Position numbers and translations under genes: made by a program. A stretch of 64,000 bases of DNA, taken from Vicugna vicugna (Eukaryota). The stretch lies in NCBI GenBank assembly GCA_013265495.1, contig MU058793.1, forward strand, positions 796,060-860,059, in the 5' to 3' direction. Below are positions 53,300 to 64,000 of this stretch, in pieces. The notes under the pieces are model-generated. The model saw only the letters and a program-made list of their open reading frames with translations. It had not been told where the DNA came from and did no database searches. Each line of letters starts with the position of its first letter. The first letter of the stretch is position 1.

Positions 53300-53520
53300 A
53301 TGGTGACATTGCTGTGGTGTGAAAATTCCGCCAAGTAGTTAGAATGGAGACATCTCATGTGAGAACTGAGTCATCACTGAGCCTACAAAAAAGAAAGAGT
53401 CCCCGCTTGACAAAATCCTGACCATAGCAGTGTGGCTCAAATGCATTCCATGTGTGACAATGCGGTTTCTGCAAAACCGTGTTTTCTGTCACCTTAAATT
53501 AATGTTGTCAATCACAGGTC
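53300..53520. promoter_or_regulatory. Candidate enhancer (motif cluster)
   Basis: RUNX TGTGGT (53313), M-box TCATGTGA (53355), AP-1 TGAGTCA (53367) and TEAD GCATTCCA (53443) in non-repetitive DNA. Confidence 0.35.
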
Positions 53521-54939
53521 TTTTAATTTGCAGTTCTTTTTATCTAAATTGCAAATTTACTTTGGTTTTCCTATGAGCAAAACTCATAAATTTAAGGAGT
53601 ATATAAAAGATTTAATATTTATCCTTGTTTATACTTTGTGCAGGTGTAATAAATATATATACTTTGTGCATTATAATCATTTTTAAAAATTTTTTAAATG
53701 ATGTGATAGGACATATGAAGATTTTGTAACTTGCATGGAAATCAGGCAGCAGTTAGTGATTCTGGTACAGTATTTATAATTGCATTATTAGATTTGAAAC
53801 GCCTTTAAATTTGAAGTCTGGATTTAACTGACAAGGAAACATGTGAGAAGCAATGGAAATAGATTGTAAATGTCAGCATCATGTTTGATCATACCAAGGT
53901 GACCTTAAAATGCCATCTTATCCACTTTAATTTAACAAGGCTGATTTCCTAAAATATCAAATATTTGATATAACCAAGAATATATATTGAACTCCTGGAA
54001 CAAATAGCTAGAAGGTATTTCAGTTGTCCCACTTGAAAAAGCAAGATGTAGGCAAACTCTTTTCAACTCATGGATGGCAGGGGGCGGGGGGTGGGGCGGA
54101 AGGTAGCCCTCCTTAAGTGGAAAATTTTATCTTTCCTCTTCATTGAAAGCTGGGCAAGTCAACCTTACCCAGACATGGAGACCATTTTCCTTTACAGGAT
54201 TTAATCTAAGAGCCCCTGTCCCCCAAAATGCCTACCATCAGCATGTTGTTCCTTCATTCAGATACCACAGCTCCGCCTTTTTAAAAATGCAATTTCCCTG
54301 GGGAGAACCAACACATTAAATCCCTAAAATCTTAATGAACAAGCATTAATCAAGTTGCTTTCTTCCCTGAAATAATAGACTGGACTTACAAAAATATGAG
54401 GAAGGAACTAAAAATAAATATGCTTTTAAACTATCATTCATCAAAAGCTAATTCCTTACCAGATACTGTAAGGGCTCTCTAATTCCTATAACCCTTGAAA
54501 GAAGGTTTTATTTGCCCATTTTACAAATGAGGAATCTAAGATAGAGAATTAAAGTAACGTTCTTTGTAGTAGCCATACAGCTTCTAAGCAGAGGAGTCAG
54601 GATTTGAACTCACATCCTGCTTCAGTACCTTTCCTCTGCACCAGCTGTGTGTTCATAGAGAGTTAAATGTAGGCAAATTGTTGATTGAGCACCCACGATA
54701 AATTTCTCTCGTATCATCATTTTGCTGAGAACCAATCCCAGTTAGGACACTAATCCTTATTAACTGACCTCATCCCAAAAATTTTGTCTGAAATGGGGTT
54801 TAATCACTGAGGAGAAATTTCTCATCTAAATGGTTTCCCTGGAATCTCAGAACATTGGTTATTGTGGACGGTTCAGTATTTCCACAGGTTAGGAATACAT
54901 ATTTCCCTACCAGGGGGAAAAAAAAAAAGAGAAAGAAGA

Positions 54940-55780
54940 AGAAGCAGGGATTGTGAGATTTCCAGGAGCTTTCTCTATCTCTCAAAGAACTCTAGGGATC
55001 AACACCTGTGGAAGAAAGAGGACAGAAGCAAGAGAAGGAAGGTAAACAGAGAAGGGGCAGAGAAGGAAGCTAAACAGCAGTGCAGCCCCATCAGAGCCTG
55101 CGCCAGCAGTGTGGGGAGCTCTGGCACGTTATGTTCCATCAGAGTCATCCCACAGTGGGCTGAAATGCTTTATACTCCTGCCGTGATCTGTCATTGGGTG
55201 TGGGCTTTCCTAGAAAAGGCAAGGTGGCTCTCTGCTGCTGAAGGAGCTGAGAATTACAGGTTGTCTGCTAACGGTACTCCCAGGAGCTGGGGAAATAAAT
55301 CCTTCTCTGAAAGGAGGATCTGAGCATTATATTGCCTGTCTTGTCAGACCACTCCCAGGACTGACTGTTGCGGTTGGGTTTTCTGGAAGCATATGCTGAA
55401 ACGGACTTTGACATACAGAGTATTCATTAGGGATAAACCCCTGTGGAAGGAAGGGGAGGAGACAAAGGGAGAAGTTGAACTACAATGCACTGATAATACA
55501 GTGAGCCTATAGGCTCACTGAAGCCCAGCCAACACACAGTACGTAATCAGAATGACTGCAGGGTGTGCCGAAGCAGCTGGGTCTTTATATCCTGCCATGA
55601 TCAGTCATTGAATGTTGACCTCTGCAGAACTGGCATGCCATTGGGTGAACAGGCATCTGCAGCTGAGGCAACCCCTGAAGAAGCTGAGAGCAGAAGGCTG
55701 TCATTCATGGACAGCATTCCCAGCAAAAAAGTGCTTCCTTCAAGAGAGATCTGACTGCTATACGTCTGTGTCCATCACAA
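54940..55780. mobile_element. Two adjacent LTR16-like ERVL LTR relics
   Basis: Related segments tagggatcaacacctgtggaag (54993) and tagggataaacccctgtggaag (55429), each followed by ...gtcattg...ctgc(t/a)gctga...aaggaggatctg-like sequence. Confidence 0.6.
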
Positions 55781-57562
55781 ACATTATGCTGCAAGGAAAG
55801 ACAGCTACTACACACAACATGGTTAAATATGATACCGAATAAGAGTTAGACCCAAGTGAGTACATCCAGTAGGGTTCCATTTATGTAAAGTTCGGAACAC
55901 AGTTGAAATTGATTGATTTGATAGAATTAGAAAAATACTTTCTTTCAGAAGAGCATATTGACTGTAAGGGGTGTAAGAGAGGCTTCTGGGGTGTTGGTCT
56001 GTTCTATTACTCGGTCTGGTGCTGGTTACATGGGTGTATTCACTTGGTAAAAATTTATCAAGCTCTACGTGTATGATTTGCACAGTTTTTAAATATTCAT
56101 GTTATATTTTAAAAATATATTTCTTAACAAACATTAAACGTTTATTTTAAGGCATAGATAAATGTATAGTAATATCAAAACCACAGTGGATGTCATTGCC
56201 AAAAAAGAAAAGTTGGTTGACTTTCTTAAATATTTTAAGAAAATAATACTATTAGTGGTATGTGGATATTGCAAAAATCTCAAAGGTGGTGTTTGAATGA
56301 CTAAAGTTGGGCAAACTCTAGGCCTAATGTAGCATACTGCCTTTCTAATATTTTCTCTTAATGATGTGGATGGTTCCAAAATGCAGCGATGTTCTGTTAC
56401 TCATGAAAAGGCACTTCAGTTTCCAGGGTGTGTATCTGTCTGATTCTTAATTCTGTTTGTCGCTTAAAGCTCAATGCCATGCAATCTTAGACCATCTCTT
56501 TTGTAGAGGAAATAGAAACCAACATATCAGGACAGGTATATCAGTCAATCGAATTTTCTCTTCCTTTCATCATTTTGATTTTTGAAAAGCCCTGATAGCA
56601 AAGAAGTTTCTTCCTTAATCCTTATATCTCTTCACGTCTCTGTCCATTTCTGAATGCCATGAGGAGGTATGCAAAAGGAGAAAAGAAAAAAAAATACATT
56701 TCAAACACTCGATGTTATTTTTACCACCTCTGGGAAAAAAAGAGTGTTCCAGGAGGCTCCGAAAGAAAAGATAAAGACCCAAAGGATGTGTATTCTGGCC
56801 AAAATCCTTAAGACACATATGCTCCTCTCCCCCCAAGTCCTTGATGACCGTATTTTTTGACTAAGATAACTTCATCTCCTCTCTCTGCCCTACAAACCCA
56901 GCTCAAGCCTCAGGACCCAGATCTCAGGCAGCATCTTTCCACGAAGCTTTTCCTGACTATTTCAGTCCTGACATTATCCCTTCTTTTCTGCTTCTCTACA
57001 GAATTTAGAGTTCACAAATGTTAACTACTGTAAGAATAGTTATAATAATGCCCGTAACAGATGTTCGTAATTTGGAGGCTGCTCAGTGTCCTTTCCCTCT
57101 TTTTTAAAAGCTCTGCAATTTCCTTGGGGGATAGACCTCTGATGTTGGGTACAGTCTTCATAGGAAGGTAGTTCTTGATGATTTCCTAAACCAAAAGGTC
57201 CAGTTCCTTCTCCATACCCCAGGACAGCGGTGATGAGGGAGTGGGGGAGGCATGGGACCTAAGCATCACCCCAATCCCTTGCCCTCTGGCCTCCAGTGAG
57301 AGGCAGCCAATGAGCACTTCCCACAGGAGATCAGATGGTGAGAGGAGAAAAATTCAGGGTGTTTCTTTCCCGTTTCCCATGCTGCAAAGCTGTGCCTCTG
57401 GCAGTAGCTGCCTCTCCTCTGGCTCTGACTCTCCCTGATTCTAGTCATTTTCTTTCTTCCTCTTGCCTCTTTAGCCTTCCTAAAGGCCCCGATATTCTTT
57501 ACTGGTCCCTTAACTCTGCCCACACTCCCTTTGTTGAACTCCCTTCAGTTAAATCCCTTTGA

Positions 57563-57716
57563 GGGGGGGAGGGCATAGCTCAGTGGTAGAGTGCATGCTT
57601 AGTATGCACAAGGTCCTGGGTTCAGTCCTCAGTACCTCCTTTTTGTTAATTCAATAAATAAATACACCTAATTAACTAACCCCCCCAAAAAAATTTTTTA
57701 AGATAATATTTAAAAG
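57563..57716 (+). mobile_element. tRNA-derived SINE (vic-1-like) inside an old LTR
   Basis: gggagggcatagctcagtggtagagtgcatgcttagtatgcacaaggtcctgggttcagtcc; approximate TSD aaatccctttgag / aaacccctttagag. Confidence 0.9.
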
Positions 57717-58383
57717 CAAACCCCTTTAGAGAAAATTCTGGTTTTTGCCAGGACCATGACTGATCCAAGAACTGTAAGACATCAGTGATCTGAGAATTAT
57801 CTAATTCCTCGAATAACTCTGAAAATAAATATTAAGGGACATTAAGAGCTTGATGTAGTAAATAACAGTCACCCAGATTTTCTTTATTGGTCAAATGATC
57901 CTGCAGCGAGTCTGGTGATGGCTGCCATATTTTGAACATTCACTACGTGGCAAGTCTTTTGATAAGTCCTTTTCATTGCTCATCTCATTTCCACTCCCCA
58001 AACCCAATGAGCTTATTAACCCTAATTTTAAAATAAAGAAACTGAGATGGACAGGAATGAAATAACCTCTCCAATGGGGGATAGAGCAGAGCCAGGGCGT
58101 AAACACAGTTCTGTCTGCCATGGGGGTCTACTTACTCCCTTGACCCCCAGGCTGCACAGCCCCTCTTCTACCATGGTGCCACTAGACATGAAACATCATG
58201 GATTTCAGAGACCTAGGAGAAAAAAGCACCCCCTCCACTGCCTTTTTTTCTGGAGTACATGTTTGCCTGGAATTTTTTTAAATGTATGTTGTTTCCCCAA
58301 AATGTGTGATTTTTCTAAAATCCCTCAGATTTGCTCTCTCTGGGCTATTTTGGAAGGTTTGGGTTAAAACAAATGGACAGCAG

Positions 58384-58555
58384 TGGAGAGGTTATAGTTC
58401 AGTGGTAGAGTGCATGCCTGGCATGCACAAGGTCCTGGGTTCAATCACCAGTACCTCTGTTAAAATAAATAAATAAATAAACAAACAAACTTCAATAAAC
58501 AAAAGAATGCAAATCAAATAAATAAACCTAATTATCACACCCCCCAAAAAAATGT
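58384..58555 (+). mobile_element. tRNA-derived SINE (vic-1-like)
   Basis: tatagttcagtggtagagtgcatgcctggcatgcacaaggtcctgggttcaatc plus (AAAT)n and the aaacctaatta tail. Confidence 0.9.
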
Positions 58556-61032
58556 TTAATGGGCAAGAGAAAAAAATATATACTTATTTCTCCTAGTTTG
58601 TGAAAACGGATTGCATCACTTAAAATCACATCATTTGACTCAATTTGCTGATCTGATTACCCAATTACATACTTTCTAGGTAGCTTCACACTACATTCCC
58701 ACTGGTGTAGCCCTCTTTCCAAGCAAAAATACCTCTCTCTCCTGTTCTCTCTCTCTCTCCCCTCACCCACTACCGCAGTGTTTACTTCCATCTTCCTACT
58801 CTTCCCCTAAACAACAATTTCTCCACCTATTTTTTCGATTATTCCAACAAAAGCTTTTAAGTTAAAGAAAACAATGCTGTTTTCTTCCCAGAGCCAGCCG
58901 TTCCCTGACACAAAGTAACAGTGATACTAAACATTGCCAGCAATTGTTATGAAAATGCATTTCTCTTGTATCCTGTTGTCATGGCAGCTAAAGATCAAGA
59001 CATGCCTGCTACGAGGACGACGTACAGCGATTTATACCGATTTGAGAAAAGACTGTTTGAGGGGGGAAACAGGAAAATGTATAATCAAATGCATTTGAAA
59101 CCGTAGCCCAACAACGTACCATATCAGTTATTCAAAATAACATTTCTAAAGCAAAGGACATCATTTATTTCAATCAGTGTTGTGTTCATTATTTGTGCTG
59201 GTGGAGTTATTTTCATTTCCAACACACTGACAATTTTATTATTTTTCTCGGCATTCAGAATCTCTGCATTACCTTTGCTCGGGCACTGGCCAACCTACAC
59301 AGACAGCAACACTCAAGTCACCTTGAGGGACCCAGAGCTGCTGTGGCATTTTCTCTATTGCTTCTTTGTTTGCTGGGCTGGGGGCATCACTCAGGTGAAT
59401 TTCTCCCTTGGACAGCGACTGCTTGAAATGTCACAGCGCGGCCAATCCACCTTGCTCCAGATTGTCATTTCACTCAAGATACTGTCCCATATATATCATG
59501 TTTTACTTCTCCATGGGGGATGGAGAGAAAAGACCAAGAATTAAAAAAGAGAGGGTGGGGGATGACAAACGGAGATTATAAAGGGTTTTGATGCAAATAA
59601 TTGAGTACAAAATGCCACTTTGATTAACAATCTGGATGGTAGTTCTTGTCCCTAATCCTTTTTATTGGTTATCCCTCCAGATCACCCAGGGATACCTCTG
59701 GTATTTGGCAGGAGCGAGGTAGAGGCATGGAGGGGATTAAGGGCCTCTGATCACAGAACAGACCAGTAGCGGAGCCAGGATGAGAACTCAGAATTCTGAC
59801 ATTCCTGAGCCATTGTTCAGCCTGTGGCCTGCTGGACACAGGCCGAAGGAATTTTACTGAGATTGCCTAAAGCTTAACCAACTGCCACCCCCTCCAAGGA
59901 TAATGAGTTACACTGCTTTTCCCACAGCCAGGAATGCACACGAACATTTTGGCCTTGACTGTATGAAACTGATTTTTCAGCCCACTTGAGGATGGTCACT
60001 GATTTCTCCCTCTCAGATCCTGCCGCTTCAAGATTGGCGACTACATGCCAAAAGCAGCTAGCAGCCTCCCCTAAGGTCCAGCTTTGCTCCTTGAATTGTG
60101 CTCCTAAATCCAAACTATACCTCCACGCTTGGCGTGGGAGAGACCGTTCATGTAAAGCCTCCAGCTTACTGTGTCTCCCCGCACACCTTACCCAAAATTG
60201 ACAGGATCTGGAGAACCTGATCTGTCATTGAAAAGGGAAGAAGCAGTAAAAAGCTGTCACTTACAGATTTACAGTGTCTGCACATCTGGCATCAGTCTAA
60301 ATGCAGTACCTATAATCCCTCTACAATAAGACGCTGAGCTAAATTATTATTAACCTCATGTCTAAAATGAGGAAACTGAGGCACGTGGAAGTTAAATATC
60401 TTGCTCAATGTAACAGAGCTAGTAAGGGGCAGAGCCACGATGTGAACCCAGTTGTATGACTCCAGAAACTGTTTGCTCAGCCACTATGCTGACTAAATTG
60501 CTTCTACGACACTAAAGAGTTAAAAGGTTAGGCTCTGGGATCCAGCAGTCCAAGGTCCTATTTCAGTTGCATGCGTGATTTGGGATAAATGGCTCCGCTA
60601 GACTCCAGGTTCTTATGTTGTAATACTGACCGCTAGACTTGCTAAATAAAGTCATTAGCACCGTACCTGGCATGTGCACGCCCTCCAAAAGTGTTAGCTG
60701 CTCACTCTAAGGAATGAATGCATTCACAGCAAATGGGCCAGAAGGTCTGGCTCACAGTAGAACAGTCCAAGGAAGAGATGGACGTAGGCAAAAGAATCCA
60801 TTCGCTCTGCACTGTCCTGCCCCTTCCACCAAAGAGTGGGCCAGGGTGGAAGGGAAAACATAAGAAGAGAGGGGTGCCATGACCAGGGAATGAAGGGAAC
60901 TAAGCTTGGACAAATTAAGATAAAGAAGGGAACCAATACAAGACATGATATGGGGATGAAAGGCCTTCTAACAAGAAGCCAGTTTGAGGCAGTGGCTTCC
61001 CAGGGTGATTAAACTGAATATCCTCCTGGTTA

Positions 61033-61195
61033 GGGGAGGGTATAGCTCAGTGGTAGAGTGTGTTTAGCATGCACAAGGTCCTGGGTTAATCCTCAGTACC
61101 TCCATTAAAAATAAATAAATAAACCTAATTACCTCCTCCCACCCCAAAAAATGTCTAAAAATAAATAAATAAAACCACATCCTTTAAAAAAAAAA
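61033..61195 (+). mobile_element. tRNA-derived SINE (vic-1-like)
   Basis: ggggagggtatagctcagtggtagagtg...gcatgcacaaggtcctggg...aaataaacctaattacctcc. Confidence 0.9.
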
Positions 61196-62919
61196 CTTCC
61201 TCAATCAAACTAGTCTAATTTTTATGTTATCAAGTCCTTGGTTACCTGAATTAAGCAACTCCTTGGTACATTGTGATCTTTTTTCCTCTCTATATTTATC
61301 CACTCAAAGCTAGAAGAGTTTAACTTTCTCTTCCAGGAAAGAAGCTTTCTCTCAAAGGAAACCAGGAGAACCAGGAGGAAATCTCAGCTTCTGTGTGGGA
61401 AACTTCCTGACGCTGTAAGTCCTGGAAGCATCATCTATTAAAAATTCTACAGGTATCATCTAATCCGAAGTGAGTATCTCACAACACCCCCACAGTCTGG
61501 AACTCTTTCTCTGGTTCTAGCCTAATGCTAATCTTGCCATCTGTCTGTTTTCCTGGAGTCCTATCCTTGAAAGGCATTGTGGAATCAGGGGCACTGAAGT
61601 CTTTTCAAGGAGTCAAAGACCTGAAGACTAAGAGTCAGAGACATGGGGTTAAGTCCAGGCTCTGGCACTCACTGAATGACCTTGGGCAAGTCACATCTCC
61701 TCCCTGTGTTTCTGGTTTCATCTGTAAAATGAAAGCCTTTTATCTGCTTCAGGCTTTTATGATTTTTGTGAACTCATTCTATGACAAAGATATTCTTTGA
61801 TCAGTAGATACTATCCATAGCATGATTTATTACTGGGAGCTTTGGGGAGGGGGGGCGTCATTTTCATGATCTGTTGTTTTATACGATAATCATCAGTCTC
61901 TATGGACTTGGGATAATTTCACCATCAAAATTTTCCATTATAGTGGCATTATAGTGCTGTTTCAACAAGCTTGCTCAAGTAACTTTTCCATTGCAAATTC
62001 ACATGATAATAGCATTATAAATGGCATCTCCAAAGACTTCAATTAAAATTGATTTGTCATTGTAATCTCAGCTAATAATGGTATGGTAATGGCATTATAA
62101 TGAGGAGATCAAAGACTTACACTGAAATTATTTTGGCATTGTTATCCTATATTCTAAATGGCTTTGAATAGGCTGCTCTATACATAGATTTGAAACTGTT
62201 GTGTCATAGTAATACTAAAAGCTAAGAGTATAGGTAACGGAATCATCCACTCCTTTCCCCTACAGCCTGGCTTGGAATTTCTTCTACCCTTTTCATTTCC
62301 CATAGATGACGTTCAAATAGAGCATCAGTTTTAATTCCCAGACTCACAAAGAAGAAGAAAGAGGTTGAGAGGAAGCTAACGAGTGCCTAGAAATACTGCT
62401 CTCAGATGAAGCTGGAGTGAGCCTGGCCACCCTCCTGCAGCAGATGCTGGGGTCTGAGTTCCTCTGCTCTCAGCTGGGGCTGAGACATCCTGACCTGATA
62501 GGTAAACACCAGACCTAAGCCAAGGGTTCCTGTTAGTGGAGACAGCATCCCGCTCCTTCACCAGTGGCCATGCTATGAAACTGGAATTCTGCAGCTTCTG
62601 AAGTTTAGTGCCTCTTGCCTCTTGTCCTTTGTGGCTTTGCAGTTGTCACCCTTGTGGGCTTTGAGTGATATTGAATCCTTCCACCCCTAGCTCTCTGGCT
62701 GTAAAACCAGCTGTGCATGTGTGTGTGTTGTGTTTGTTTATTTACTTTGACAGGGACATAAATTAAATGGAATGACATGTAGACCTAATTCATACTTCCG
62801 GGAAGGTTCTAAGGCTCGAATATTGTTCTAGTTTAGAGAATATTATATTAGTTAACATTAAAACTAACAAATACATAGTTTTTACTACATGACAGAAGCT
62901 ATCCTAAACAGTTTAAATA

Positions 62920-63551
62920 TGGTTGATTCATAATATTCATGGTAGTCATGATCTATAAACTCCCCACGAACACAGAATTAACAGATACCCAGCCATAGAG
63001 TCTAGGGAAAATACAGGGTTAGATTTCTGTGAGCCTCTGCTCACATTTATTGTCAATTGATGGGATACAGAACCTTGTTTTATGTGTGTTTGTGTTTAAA
63101 GACACTTTATTTAACATATATCCTTCAATCATTTCCATTGAGCTCATGGCCAACAACACCGTATCTCATGCCTGAATGAAGCTTTTCTAACACAAGTATT
63201 TTCTCCATAAGGCCCATCCCAGTGTCCTTGTGCTTAGAAACACTAGACAGCACTTCAGCCCTATGCCTGAGGGCCATTTTAAACAGAGAAAATCAACAAA
63301 AAGAACAGAAATGCTCAGGGAAAAAAAACCAAAAACATGGCACTGAACAGACCATGAAAAGAACACTTCTTTAGCGCATGAGAGCAGAAATAAGGAGGCA
63401 GTGTTGCCTTGTTCAACCTAGTTTATGTTTTTCCCTACATGTCCATGAAGGGCCACAAAATTGCCACAAGTATTGTTATTGAGCTTCCAAATAAACTTAG
63501 TAAGTAGGCAAATTTGCAAATGCAGAATCTAGGAAAGATAAGAATTGCCTG
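62920..63551. mobile_element. MER82-like TcMar-Tigger DNA transposon
   Basis: ctagggaaaatacagggttagatttctgtgagcctctg...ctcatggccaaca...cactagacagcacttcagc...gcaaatttgcaaat matches the recalled MER82 consensus; about 630 bp. Confidence 0.75.
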
Positions 63552-64000
63552 CATAATAATTGATTTAGTCTCTACATCAACTCCTTAACTATCTCCATCT
63601 CATAGACGAGGAAACTGAGGCACCGAGAGAATAAGAAACTTGCTCACTGTTCAGTTTTAATTCAGTTTCATCAATAATTACCCTGGGTTGGTTTCTTTTT
63701 AAAAACTAAATAAATCATATGCTTGATATTTAGTTCAGTTTAGTTTTTCACTTAGGAGATTGATTTGGAAAAACGGCATGGCCCTGGTTTTTGGATGAAA
63801 GAGGTATCATAGACGTCCAATTTTTAAGACCTTTGGACTAAGCCAGGTTGGGGGACTAGCAAGTGGAAGATGTAGCAGACACTATGGATGCTAAGCCAAA
63901 TCCATTCCCGCCCCGCCTTTCCTGGCTGTTAGCGTGCCAAGCTCTGTGTGGCTCTGCACTGAGGACGGAGGCCCTCCGCAGTCCCAGGGGAGGTGACTCT

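Noticed and set aside
56400..56700. Possible minus-strand coding exon after a pyrimidine tract
   Set aside because: All three frames hit a stop within about 40 nt of the acceptor, and there is no convincing donor.
58920..59550. ORFs in a CpG-containing unique region
   Set aside because: No recognisable protein or consistent splice structure; non-coding sequence is more likely.
1..64000. CRISPR arrays, operons or other prokaryotic systems
   Set aside because: The sequence is mammalian, with no regularly spaced repeat-spacer array or gene-dense region.

Overview
This is AT-rich, repeat-dense mammalian genomic DNA, most likely from a camelid, judged by five tRNA-derived SINEs resembling the vic-1 family. 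It holds many L1, L2, MIR, LTR and DNA-transposon relics, and I can identify no intact protein-coding gene. The main feature is a 3.56-kb deleted class I (ERV1-type) endogenous retrovirus on the minus strand at 48385-51940, inserted into an L1 3' end. Between its gag capsid remnant and its protease remnant lies a ~965-bp intronless copy of the host MFS transporter gene SLC18B1 in circularly permuted order. The copy starts at ...GKQSFWKL, runs to ...LHFK, jumps back at an apparent back-splice junction (49477/49476) to the start of exon 2, and ends at ...ESDPGKQ, where it began. It is bounded by a 10-nt direct repeat and has no poly(A). This is what one full turn of a circular RNA (circSLC18B1) captured by a retrovirus would look like. 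Repeat family names and SLC18B1 exon numbers come from recalled consensus sequences and need confirmation.
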